This document shows positions 16,727 to 30,218 of a stretch of 64,000 nucleotides of DNA, in pieces (position 1 is the stretch's first letter; each line of letters begins with the position of its first letter). The notes beneath the pieces were generated by a model. It was given only the letters and a program-made list of their open reading frames with translations, was not told the origin of the DNA and did not search any database. The position numbers and the translations under genes were made by a program. The stretch lies in NCBI RefSeq assembly GCF_009914755.1, contig NC_060928.1, one strand, 5' to 3'. This stretch comes from the human T2T-CHM13v2.0 reference genome, Homo sapiens.

Positions 16727-18049
16727 CCTAAGGTATTCAATTAATAAAAAGAACTTTGTGTAAAAGCTGTGCCATCAGTTAACCAAAAAAAAAAAAAAAT
16801 ACTGGTTAAAATTAGAACAGAAAATCTGAGACTTTTGTGAAAAAGTCTTTAAATTAGAGTGAATATTGCGATGTAGGTCATATGAATAAGAATATATAAA
16901 TTAAATTATAACTTGTTTTTAATGAAAAGGCATTCTTCTTAACAGAAAAAAAAGTAAGAATAGAAACAAATACAAATAAAAAGTTATGGTCCAAACCAAG
17001 TAATCATACATAGTATGATTTTGAGTAATTGATTAGATTATAAGAAATAACAGTTCTTGAAACAACAAAGTCAAAATATTTAGTCATATAATTCAGATAA
17101 ATAAATACGACTAGTACTCTGAATTGAAACTTCCTTGTTTTATAGATCTGCCTTTTCATACTTAGAGAGTAATCCTAAAGGTAGACTATGATTTTAAACT
17201 TGTTTTTATATTAATGAAAGGCAATCTGATTTTACGAGATGGTACATTAAGTTTTACTATCTGGAAACTTTACTCTTTGAGAAATATGAAGCCCTAATGT
17301 CACAGTAACAACCCCCATAACAATAATAAAATGTTAATGGAAATCTTTTCATTTTTGCCTTGATCTTTTAATTTTGGAAGAATATTTTAGCAACTATTCA
17401 TATATTTTTAAAATTAAAGTCTAACATTCTCATTTTAGCATATTTTTCCTTCTGTCAAATTCAAGTAAAGTTAAGCTTAATGTGTTTTAAGATGTCAACC
17501 ATCATTCTTTGGATGACAGGAATATGAACAATTTCCACTTTATTCTTGATCCTTTTTGATATTTTCCAAGTTTCCCACCATAAACACATTATTCTTAAAA
17601 TCAGAACAGATTGATGATGTTATTTGTAATTAAAAGAATAATTAAATTTCAAATAAAGAAATATTGATATTAAGGATGAAATAGCTGTGGGGAAACTGAT
17701 CATGATTCTACATTATCTCTAAAAGTAGAGACAAGAAAGACAGGATTCAAAGAAATGACAAAGAGAGAGAGATCACTAGACAAAATGTTTTCCACTACTG
17801 GAAACAGCTGAATAGACCACAATCCAACCTCAAAAATTTGTGAATGTTAGTCATTTGGAAATTAAAACATATTTGCCCTAGATGCTGTAAATATTTGAAA
17901 AGATATCTGAACACCCTTCCTTTAATTATCTTTACCTTTTTCGGTTTTTCTTGATATTTACTGGAAACAATTTGGATTATAGATAGCAAAAAGCATGGAT
18001 AAAGAGGTTTATTCTGATTTTGTAATAATAATAAACAACAATTGGCATC

Positions 18050-18270
18050 TGTTGAGCCTAGACTATATGATAGGAACAAGTCTAAGAACTTTACATTAAA
18101 TTTGCTCATTTGATCCTCCCAACACTGCCTTGAGGTAAGTATGGCTATCCTCACCTTACAGATGAGAAAACCAAGACATAAAGAGTTTAAATCACTTGCA
18201 CCAGGTCACTCAGAGCAAGTATAAGCTCAGTAATAATCCAGACAGTTTGATTCCTGAGGCCAGCTCTAAA
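18050..18270 (-). mobile_element. MIR
   Basis: CTCATTTGATCCTCCCAACA...TTACAGATGAGAAAACCAAG...CACTTGCACCAGGTCAC. Confidence 0.75.
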
Positions 18271-18684
18271 CTGTGACACTAAGTTGTTCTTAACAGGACA
18301 AAAAAGATGATCAATCCTTTTTCCAAGATGAATTAAGAACCATACGAGGTAAAAGTGGTAATCAGTTTTCAATTTCCAACTTGGTTTATAAAAAAAAGAT
18401 GTAGGCTTTCTCTTTGTGACTAAACTTGCTACCAAAAGAAATGAAATCAGTTAATCTTTGAAAAGCATCCTATAATTTACAAACCATGATTACATGTTAG
18501 AGCTAATTTAATGGGCCAAAATCTTGAAGGATCAGTGGTATTATTATTTAGTAGCTGCAGAATATGAATATCAGAGAACAGAGATGACTCACCTATTCAC
18601 AAGAGAGTCAGAATGAAACCATGCTCTTTAGCCTGTATGCTATTCTCTTTCCATCACTGTTTTCACAATGAATGCCAATACTCA

Positions 18685-19146
18685 TATCATTTGCAGTAAT
18701 GTGGATAGAGCTGGAGGAAATTATGTTAAGTGAAATAAGCCAGGAACAGAAAGTTCTCACTTACATGTGGAAGATAAAAAAGTTGATCTCAAGGAAGTAA
18801 AAAGTAGAAAACAGGATAACAGAGACTGGGAAACTTGAAGGCAGGGAGAGACAGGAAGAAATATTTTAAAGAATACAAAATTAACAGTTAGATAGGAAGA
18901 ATAAGTTTCAGTGTTCTATGCCACTGTAGGATGACTATAGTTAGCAATAATTATATAGTTTCAAATATCCAGAACTAAGATATTGAATGTTCCCAGCACA
19001 AAGAAATGATAAATGTTTGAGATGATGGATATGCTAATTACCCTGATGTGATCACTATACATTATATGTATCAAAACATCACTATGTGCCCCATGAATAT
19101 GTACAATCATCATTTTTCAATTTAAAAAATAATTTTAAAAAATTTT
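18685..19146 (+). mobile_element. L1MA-type 3' end
   Basis: ATGTTAAGTGAAATAAGCCAGG, TTAGATAGGAAGAATAAGTTTCAGTGTTC, GATGATGGATATGCTAATTACCCTGAT. Confidence 0.88.
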
Positions 19147-19160
19147 AAAGCAGCAACTCT

Positions 19161-19307
19161 AGCTAGACACAGTGGCAAACACCTATAGTTCCAGCTACTC
19201 AAGGCTGAGGAAGGAGGATCACTTGAGCCCAGGAGTTTGAGACCAGCCTTGGCAACATAGTGAAGACTTATCTCTAACATAATAATAATAATAATAATTA
19301 ATAATAA
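19161..19307 (+). mobile_element. FLAM_A-like free left Alu monomer with (AAT)n tail
   Basis: CCTATAGTTCCAGCTACTC...GGATCACTTGAGCCCAGGAGTTTGAGACCAGCC...TCTCT, then an AAT-repeat tail. Confidence 0.85.
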
Positions 19308-19350
19308 GCTGGGTAGCTGCAGGCATCATGCTACCCAACTTCCAACTATA

Positions 19351-19737
19351 TGATATGATTTGGCTATGTCCCCACCCAAATCTCATCTTGAATTATAGTT
19401 CTCATAATCCCCACATGCAGTGGGAGGGACCCAGTGGGAGGTAGTTGAATCATGGGAGCAGTTACCTATGTGCTGTTCTTGTGACAGTGCATTCTCGCAA
19501 GAACTCACTATAAGAGTTTTATAAGGGGCTTTTCCCCCTTTTGCTTGGTACTTCTCCTTGCTGCTGCCGTGTAAAGAAGGATGTGTTTGCTTCCACTTCT
19601 GCCATGATTGTAAGTTTCCTGAGGCCTCCCCAGCCCTGCAGAATTGTGAATCAATTAAATCAATTAAACCTCTTTCCTTTATAAATTACCCAGTCTCCGG
19701 TATGTCTTTATTAGCAGCATGAGAACAGACTAATACA
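19351..19737 (+). mobile_element. THE1 (THE1C/D-like) MaLR solo LTR
   Basis: TGATATGATTTGGCTATGTCCCCACCCAAATCTCATCTTGAA ... GAGAACAGACTAATACA; 5-bp TSD CTATA / CTGTA. Confidence 0.92.
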
Positions 19738-20774
19738 CTGTACTATAGGTCTACAGTAGCCCAAACACAAAACAGCATGGCACTGGTACAAAAACAGACA
19801 CATAAACCAGTGGAACAAAATAGAGAGCCCAGAAATAAGGCCACACACCAACAACCATCTGATCTTTGAAAATCCTGATGACAACGAGCAATGGCGAAAG
19901 TACTCCCTGTTCAAAAAATGGTGCTGGGATAACTGGCTAGCCATATGCAAAAGATTGAAACTGGACCCCTTTATTACACCATATACAAAAATCAACTTGA
20001 GATAGATCAAAGACTTAAATGTAAAACCCAAAACTATAAAAGCCCTGGAAGACAACCTAGGCAATACCATTCTGGACAAAGAAATGGGCAAAAAATTCAT
20101 GATGAAGAAGCCAAAAGCAATCACAACAAAAGCAAAAATTAACAAATGGAATCTAGTTAAACTCAAGAGCAAAAGAAACTATTAACATATTAAACCGATA
20201 ACCTCCATAATGGGAGAAGATATTTACAAACTATGCTTCAGATAAAGGTCTAATATCCAGCATCAATGAGAAACTTAAACAAATCCACAAGAAAAAAACA
20301 AATTACCCCATTAAAAAGTGGGCAAAAACATCAACAGCCACTTTTCAAAAGAAAAACATGTGGCCAAAAAGCATATGAAAAAAGGCTCGACATCATTGAT
20401 CATTAGATAAATGCAAATCAAAACCACAATGAGATACTGTCTCACACCAGTCAGAATGTCTATTATTAAAATGTCATAAAATAACTGGTGCTGACAAGGT
20501 TGTGGGAAAAAAATGCTTATACATTGTTGGTGGGAGTGTAAAATAGTTCAGCTACTGTGGCAAACAGTGTAGTGACTCCTCAAAGATCTAAACACAGAAC
20601 TACCATCTGACTCAGCAATTCCATTACTGGGTATATACCCAAAGAAATATAAATCATTCTATTATAAAGATACAGCATTCACATTTATGTTCACTGCAGC
20701 AGTATTCTCAATAGCAAAGACGTGGAATAAACCTAAATACCCATCAATGGTAGACTTGATAAAGAGAATGTGGT

Positions 20775-21154
<380 letters not shown>

Positions 21155-21779
21155 AAAGAATACGTGGTACATATATATCATGGAATATTATGCAGTCTTA
21201 AAAAAGAACAAGATTATGAACTTTGCAGGAACATAGATGGAGCTGGAGGCCATTATCCTTAGCAAAATAACACAGGAACAGAAAACCAAATATTGCATGT
21301 TCTCACTTATAAGCGGGAGCTAAATAATGAGAACACATGGACACATAGAGGGGAACAACAGACACTAGGGCCTATCGGAGGGTGGAGATTGGGAGGAAGG
21401 AGAGGGTCAGGAAAAACAACTAATGTGTACTAGGCTTAATATCTGGGTGACAAAATAATTGGTACAACAAACCCCATGACAAAAGTTTAACTCCATAACA
21501 AACCTGCATATGGAATCCCTGGGTGTAAAATAAACGTTATGAAAAAAAGCAGCAACTCTTTAAAGTCTGTCTTTGTTTGAGAAATGTCAGGAAGAAATAT
21601 AGAATTTTTTATTTGTTGCCATGATCTGTTTTCCCCTTCATTCTTGTACTTCACTCCAGTTCCCACCACCCCCACCCTCACCCTTGACCCCAGCCCCAGG
21701 CATCTGCTCTACTGTGTTTAATATCTGTCCTTAAATTACCATGTATCCTTATAAATGCATTTTATGTCATGCATTAATT

Positions 21780-22488
21780 TACAAAAATGGCATTGTGCTG
21801 TGCCTTTTATTCTGCTCCTCATCTTTGCTTTGTCAATTATCTTTGAGACTTGTATGTACATCTAGTTTACTGTTCCTGATTGTGTGTGATTTTCCTTGCT
21901 ATGCAGCCACCCCAGTTTCCTTATTCACTTGTCTAGTGATAGAAACCGACTCTTCCTTTTTCCCTGTACTACAACAAATAACATCCTGACATAAGCCCTA
22001 AACTTGTTTCCTTAGTGACCGGAGAAAAAATTTCCTGGCAGATATCCATCAGATGGATTATCATAAGGCACGCATTTTCTTGTTTTCACTACGGACTGGC
22101 AGTCAGCTTCCTGTAAAAAATATATCATTTATTCTCACTAGCAGAGCATAAAATTATAGTATCTCACATCCCCTCCAACCTTCATAGCATATTCTAATCA
22201 TGACCAATCTGACATTTGTAAAATTTTATCTCAGTGCCAAATTTAGTTCCATTTCTTGGATTCTTACATACCTTATATACTCACTGGCAAATCAGGTTTC
22301 CCCTTCTCTAAATTACCAATTCATATCCTTTGCCTATTTTTTCCATTTGATTTTTATCTTTTTCTTGTTTTTATAAAAGTTTACTTTATATTCTAGAAAT
22401 GGATCCCTTCTTGACTTTACAAAATGCAAATATTGTCTCTCAAGTAGTTGTCTAAAACCTTTCTTTGCCTGTGGCATCCTTTATTGAG
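21780..22488 (-). mobile_element. Ancient L1ME-like fragment (continues ~23719-24030)
   Basis: TTCATATCCTTTGCCTATTTTTCCATT, TGCAAATATTGTCTCTCAAG; reading continues across the L1PB insertion. Confidence 0.65.
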
Positions 22489-22499
22489 CAAAAGTATTT

Positions 22500-23707
22500 T
22501 TATTTTTATAGATTTAGGAGTACAAGTGCAGTTGTGTTCCATGGATATATTGTGCAGTGGTAAAGTCTGGGCTTTTAGTGTACTCATCACCTGAAGAGCA
22601 TACACTGTACCCAATAGGTAGTATTTCATCTCTCACCACTCTCTCATCATCCCACTTTTTAGAGTCTCCAATGCCTACTACTCCACTCTGTATGTCCATG
22701 TGTGCCCATTGTTTAGCTCTTACTTGTAAGTGAGAACATGTGGTATTTGATTTTCCGTTTCTAAGTTATTTCCCTTAGGATAATGGCCTCCAGCAGCTCC
22801 ATCTATGTTGCTGCAAAGGACATGATTTTTTCTTTTCTTTTTTTTTTTTTTTTGACTAATAGTACTCTATGTTGCATATGTACTACATTTTCTTTATCTA
22901 ATGAATTGTTGATGGACGCTTAGGCTGATTCCATGACTTTGCTGTTGTAAATGGTAATGTGGTAAACATGGGAGTGCAGGTGTCTTTCTCATATGGTGAT
23001 TTACTTTCCTTTGGGTAGAGCCCTAGTAGTGGGATTGCTGGATAGAATGGTCATTCTATTTTTAGTTCTTTGCAAAATCTTCGTATGGTTTTCTACAGAA
23101 GTTGTACTAATACATTTCTATCAGCAGTGCATAAGCATTTCCTTTCTCCATATCCTCACCAATATCTGTTGTTTTTGGACTTTTTAATAATAGTCATTCT
23201 GACTGGTGTAAGATGGTATCATACCGTAGTTTTAACCCGCATGTCTGAGTAGTAATGTGGAGCCTTTTTAATACGTTTGTTGTCTATTTGTATGTCTTCG
23301 TTACAGAAGAATGCAAACATCTGTTCATGCCCTTTGCCCATTTTTCAATGGGATTACTTGTCTTTTTCTTGTTAAGTTGTTGAATTCTTTGCAGATTCAG
23401 GATATTAGCCCTTTTTCAGATGAATAGTTTGCAAATATTTTCTCCATTCTGTACATTGTCTCTTTACATCATTGATTATTTCTTTTCCTGCACAGAAGGT
23501 TTTTAATTTAAGTCCCCAAATTGGAGAGCCACATGCAGAAGAATGAAACTCAACCCCCATCTCTCACCATATACAAAAATTAACTCAAGGTCGATTACAT
23601 ACCTGAAACTATAAAAATCCTAGAAAGAAAACTAGAAAAAATTCTTGGGGACATTGCCCTAGGCAAAGAATTTATGACTAAATTCTCAAAAAGAAATTCA
23701 ACAAACA
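22500..23707 (-). mobile_element. L1PB3/4-like insertion with 5' inversion (twin priming)
   Basis: 22500-23516 antisense 3' end; 23517-23707 upstream L1 segment in the opposite orientation; TSD CAAAAGTATTT (22489-22499) / CAAAAATATTT (23708-23718). Confidence 0.87.
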
Positions 23708-25319
23708 CAAAAATATTTATTTCAATGTAACCTGACCTAGCCATTTATCGTCTTAAAATGTATACCCCTGGAATTTCATCTAAAAATTCTTCTCCTCCCC
23801 TAAGTTACAAAATATTCACTATGTTTTCTTCTATCAATGCTATTTAACCTTTCACAATAAGGATTTTAACGTGTCAAATCTCCTGTAGATTAGTAAAACA
23901 AAGATCGGTGTTATTTTTCTTCATATAGGAAGCCAAATTTTTCCAATATTGTACACTAAGCTGTTGCATTCCTTTGTTTTGTGGTCCATTTTTAATATAC
24001 ATTATATTCCTAGAACACAAACAGATTTCACAGAAGGGCCTCATAATGATAAAAGATTTTAACCAAGACACTAGCTGTGGTCCTTAAATCATATTTAAAG
24101 AAGATGAATAGCCCATGATCCCCATTGTTTGGGACCCAAACTTAAGTTATAAGAACTGCATTATATCATGTGATATTTAATTAGTACCTATCTGCTCCAT
24201 TCTTCAAATTCAGTCACCTTCTTAAACCTCTAAACTTTTTCTTCAACGTAAGAGCTTCACTTCAGAAAACAGTAACCTGCCCAGAATCCACTTTGGGGAT
24301 TTCTAAAACCCACACTTTTCTGGCAGAGCTGGTAGCTAACTTGCTATACCCAGGCAAAACATTGGTCTTCCCAAGCTAAACTGCGAGACTCTTTTTCCAA
24401 GAAGAGCTGCATAAAGAAACAGTAAAAAATATTATGCAGCATGCATAATAATAAATGAATAATCAAATCTCATGCTTCAAGAAATAGAGTAATTACTGCC
24501 GGATTTAGGAACCAGAGCCTACCTCCTCCATAAATAGCATTGTCCAAATCACTGGAGGCTTTGTGTATAAATGTGTGTGTGTGTTTAAGTATGTGTGTTT
24601 ATGTGTATTTGTGTGCAAGGGAGACAAATCAGGTATATTAATAAAAATCTTGGAGTGAGACACAATATGCCTCTTCCTCCTAAACTTCTGGTATTAGTCA
24701 GTAGAAAAAAATCAGAGCCTAAGATGCATAGAGTTATAGTCTACTTGGGAATAATAAATCCCAGATTTTCATTGTCTATCCTGCTTCCTTGCTCACTAGA
24801 GAATAATCTCCCCTGAGACTGTGCCCAGGTCAAAAGTGCCAAATAGCATTCATTAAAGAGATTGCTTCTAGAATTCCTCTTGCAAAACACTTATTTCTCC
24901 CTTTTGTGGTTTTGGTACATTTGACAGGTTGGTAGCAAATCTAACATTTTTCACTGTACCACCACTTCATAAAATACTACTTTTAAAAATACATATTTTC
25001 CATTATTTTTCCCATAATGCAAACCTATTTCACTTAACACTAATTCAGCTACATATAAAATCACTTAAATGCCAAAAGCCTTTTTTGATGGAGTTATTAT
25101 CCTAAGCTCTAATCCTAACACTGTCAATGCCTTTCACCTTTTCAGCTTGGGCTAGTAATAACCCATTCAGCGATAGACATAAAAATCCTTGACCTAATTT
25201 CAAAAGTTCAATGAAAATCATACATTTATGTAATAAAAGGTTATAGGACAGCTTAAAACTTCAATGTGATCTCTTTGCTTAATATTATATCATGAAATCA
25301 GCTCAAATTGATGTATACC

Positions 25320-25428
25320 TTTCTCACTAGACTGTAAACTCCTTGAAGGCCAAGATTGTGCTTTATTCACCTTTACATCCTCAGTGCCTGGCATGCTATA
25401 GACAATCAATAAATTATACTGTTGTTGA
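25320..25428 (+). mobile_element. L2 3' end fragment
   Basis: CACTAGACTGTAAACTCCTTGAAGGC...CAGTGCCTGGCA...TCAATAAAT. Confidence 0.75.
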
Positions 25429-26828
25429 CTTCAACTATTAATGTTGATCAGAAGCTCTGAATTGGCAGTTTTATGTTATATTGATATAAAAAATATGGGG
25501 ACTATAAATTAATGATTACTTAATAAAGACAGTTTGAGAAGGAGAGTACATGAAATAGGGGATTATTTTTTAAGTTGGGAATCATGCAATTACACTATCA
25601 TTTTGTATATTATTTGATATTATTACACTTTCTAACTTTGGATTTCTCCAATGTAAGAGATAAATGTTAAATGTCTAACCCACAATAACATAAACGAGAT
25701 TTAAGAATAAAACTATAACAAACATGGTTTCTTAAATAGGCAGTCTTGTATTTTTGGTAATTCATCTTTAGGGTAGTTTTAAGTATTTGTGTGGGAATTG
25801 GAAGTGATTATTCAATAAGAATATAATATGCAATCCTAGGCAGAACTAATTCCACCAAAAATACTTCACCAGGAATTAAATATGTTTTCTACTATTATCA
25901 ATGTGTTGCTAGATTTTTTAAATTGCTTTGATTGCTATTGAAGTGCCAGACATATTCAAGAAAATGTGAATAACATTGCAGTCTAGGTGAGATGAAAGCA
26001 ATAGATAATATTCTAAGATCAATTTAACAAACAAATTAAACAGGAAGGAATGTAATATAATGCACAGTAGAAAAATCATGCCTTACCTCACTAAAGACAA
26101 TCTCATAGGTAGGAATCAGTTTTGACCAACATCTAGCATGCTCTTTCTTACTCTCTTCTCTCAATAGATAAATAAATATATACCGATAGATGTACATATA
26201 TATCTTCTTGAAAATTTTTTCTTGTTCCCAGAACCTAACATTCCAGCTTAGTCAAGTTTAGGAGAATAGACTCTATGTGTAAAAAATAAAAAACCATATT
26301 AATTTGCCAATCTCAGTTGCCAGGCATTATAAAATGTCAAAAGCAGCAATCAAAAAGCTAGAACATCCCAATTGTTTTAGAAGCAGTCGTCACAAATTCT
26401 CCAAAAAAGAACACAACAATTGGCATATGGAAGCAGATCAACAGAAGTTTATTAAAAGCATAAGATCAAAGTTGACAAAGTATTTATCTGTTAGCTGTGT
26501 ATCTTCCCTTTACCTGAGTCCTAAAAAATAACAGGCTGTTTACCAAATAGAGAAGAAAGTCCAGGGTTAGGAGCACACATGAGTAAGATGATGGAGGTCC
26601 GTGTCCCCCAAACAATGACTACACTCTACCATCTCCTACATTCTCTGAGAAAATTTCATCTAGAAAGGGTTTCTCCAGGCTCGGGCATTTTGATATTTAG
26701 GCTTCATCAGATAAACAATTCTCTTTCTGTAGACGTCAGATTTTTAACCTCTGATCAAATCAGAAGCAATAAATATGATTATTACTAGACATTACATAGA
26801 AAATTTTGTGGGTAAATGCTAAATATGA

Positions 26829-27226
<398 letters not shown>

Positions 27227-28490
27227 TAGAAAACATTTTATCTTTGAGATGACTATGTTAACACATGGACTGCTCAGCTCACATCTTAATCTTTTTTTTT
27301 TTTTCCTAAGAACTTGGAACTGAATCTGTGGCCAAGAAGTAAAAGGGAGCCTGCCTAAAGTGGACATTCGATAAATACTTAAACAGAGTTAACTATTGGA
27401 AGGAGGAAAAATTGGATCATTACCAACACATAGCATTTTCTTATGTTGGTAAAAACATACTTACTGACTAAAGCAAAGCATTCATAACCTACAAATAAGT
27501 GGATTCATTTAAGTTTTCAAACATGCCTTACATGGGCTCACAGACCATATCTTCCTTATAAACGGATCACAATGCACCTGACTCAGGAATTTTGTACAGC
27601 TTTCTGATGGGATAGGCAATATAGCAAATGTTATTTGGATGCTTAGGACATTTATTTCAGTGATTTGCAAAACTGCAAGGAGAAATTGGACAGCTTCTGA
27701 AAGCCTGGGATATATGGTCTCTATAATTATGGAAAATTTGAAAGTTAGAGACCAGTACAAGGAGAAGCAAAAGAAAAAAGGAAATGCAGGGGTCAGCCAT
27801 GCTGCCTAGGAAAACAATATTATTTTAAATGGAAAACTTTGGGACATCAAGATTAAGAGTTAGACGTAGATAGTCTCCTAATGTACCAAAAATACATTGC
27901 CTCGTGAAACCCACAATTAACCAAGTCAGCTATTAAAATATTATCTCTGTGCTGCATAAGGGCAGGAAGAGGTTTTTATCTAGGAACACCAAATTATTCT
28001 TTATGGATGAAGCATTGGTCTAGCGAATACACTAAAGCAAGGCTGTTTTACCTAGAGAAGAAAAGAATATTACTAATGACAGAAAATATAAACTAGCTAA
28101 TACAAGGCTTGAAAATGGAATTTGCACATTCCCAAACCAAAGAAACACACCTTTTCTCTGCGCTCTTCCTCTCTTCAAAAACTAAAATAAAATGATAAGT
28201 AATTTCTTTCACCAAGATACCCATATAGGCTTACTTATGTGTGAGCAGCCTGAGACCTACTGGCTGTCAATGTCATTTCAGTCATTCTGTCAATATATGC
28301 TCTCTCTACCTCACACTGATTGGAAGGGTTTTCTAATTTCAGTCACCAGTTAGTCTGCTCACTCAAGCATCCTGCAGCCATACGTGAATTCTTCCTTATT
28401 ACAAGGTCACTTTCACCTTACATCTCTGCCTTCTAGTTGGATGTAAAATATCCATGTGTTCTGGATTATTAAAACATACACACAACTTAC

Positions 28491-28608
28491 CCTGCTTGAG
28501 AAATATTATATTAATTTTTCATGGGGTTTTACATCTCATAATAAGCTACTTGTGTGATGATCCATTTTCATTTTTCATTAGGATGTCCTCTGAATTCCCT
28601 TTTTGCTC
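28491..28608 (-). other. Candidate 118-nt spliced exon (probably non-coding)
   Basis: Minus strand: T-rich tract TTTTTTTCTTGTCTGCAG|G acceptor and CAGG|GTAAGT donor, in unique sequence. Confidence 0.4.
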
Positions 28609-29239
28609 CTGCAGACAAGAAAAAAATTAATCAAGAGATATCTTTGTAAGCTTCAAAACAATTAAAATGCAATTCTTGTAGGAGTGTTATCAGATCAAGA
28701 GAATCTGGAATTAGTTGTTTGGTGTTATCATTATCAAAGGCAAACTCTCACTCTAAATGTAAAACATGTCTGATAGGCCTTATCACATAAAGTTAAAATA
28801 GTGTTTTTAAGAAGGAAAATGGATTCCTGAATCTGGTTATGGATATCTAATGTCAACTTAACAGGGTGTCTATTATGAATGAGTGATTATGATAAGTGCT
28901 GTCTTGGAAGGGAGCAAATCCTGAGAAATAATTGGAATTGCTAAATCCAGACTCGCTTTGGCTTTGGTTCTGGCACCTGCCACAAAAAAGGACAGCTATT
29001 CTGGACTCCCACCAAGTAAATACTATTAAGCTCATTAACACAAACATTTTGGCTATGATCAAGTGAAGTATCAGTTTAATCCATTCTGTGTCTCCTGTCA
29101 AGGGACTTACTTGTTCTTGCCCTGCTACTTAGAGAGGTTGTGGGGTGGAACTTGGCAGACCAACGCAATCTCTTCCATCTTTAACAGCTATGAGTTTTAT
29201 TTATGATCCAGGTGAAATGGCATAACGATGATAATGATA

Positions 29240-29450
29240 ATAATAGCTCAGGTGGATAAACACCCCAACCCTAAGGAGCTCAGAGGGCTCTGCTGATATT
29301 TATCTAATTAATCCTCACCACATGCTTGGTGAGGAGGCATGTGGCATTATCCCTAGTTTACAAACGAGGAAAACAGGGCAAAAGTGACTAGCCTGGAATC
29401 ACCAAGTAAACTACTTTGGAGAAAATACTATAGTCAAGACTTCTGATCTC
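29240..29450 (-). mobile_element. MIR
   Basis: TTAATCCTCACCAC...TTTACAAACGAGGAAAACAGG...GTGACTAGCCTGGAATCAC. Confidence 0.6.
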
Positions 29451-30218
29451 TCAATGAAAATACTGTGATTAAAATTAGCAATGGTCACAATTTTAAATTT
29501 CTGGTAAAAACTGCATATGTAACTGTGAATATTACTATTTGGTAATCGCATTGCATTGCCCAAGGAGCAATAATCAAACAAAATAAAGTGATATGTGGAT
29601 ATATTATATCCTCAGATGAGCTATAAATCCCTTTTTATCCACATATGTTGACCATTGTGTTTGAACAAGTTATAATTGAATTAAAAGGGAGAAATGGGGC
29701 AGTTATTTAGGAAGCTTTTTAGGCACTACTCCAAAAGAATTTAGAGATCACAAACAAACCTATATATTCTATAACTTATATCATGCTTCCTGTTTAAACC
29801 TCAGGATTTTACCTCATTAAAACTGCTTGTAGTAAAACAATGATTTTTGTTCATATTACTCAAATATTATCATAAATAAAACAACCTGGCAGATGGTATC
29901 TGATCCTTTAATTTTTAAAAAAATCCCAGCTTAAAGAAAAGTGATTACACACATTTAGCTTAGAAAATCAGATACAGAAAGCATTGGGCCTCCATGCTAT
30001 GAATCAACCTGTCCTTGTACTTATAGGGCCAACTGAATATTTACTAACAGCCATTGGCGCTAATCCACTGAACATTTACCATGACAATGACAGCCTTTGA
30101 AATAATTGAAATTTGACCAATTGCAAACTCTAAAAAATGTATGCATGTTTTTCTGGAACTGTATGCTTTTTCTTTCTGTATGCTATTTCTTTCAGCAATA
30201 AAAATATTTTGTCTTTTT

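Noticed and set aside
26510-26535. 7-nt micro-exon-like TTTTTTAG|GACTCAG|GTAAAG on the minus strand (similar 6-nt pattern near 49350)
   Set aside because: Short pyrimidine tract, and such patterns recur by chance in AT-rich DNA; no independent support.
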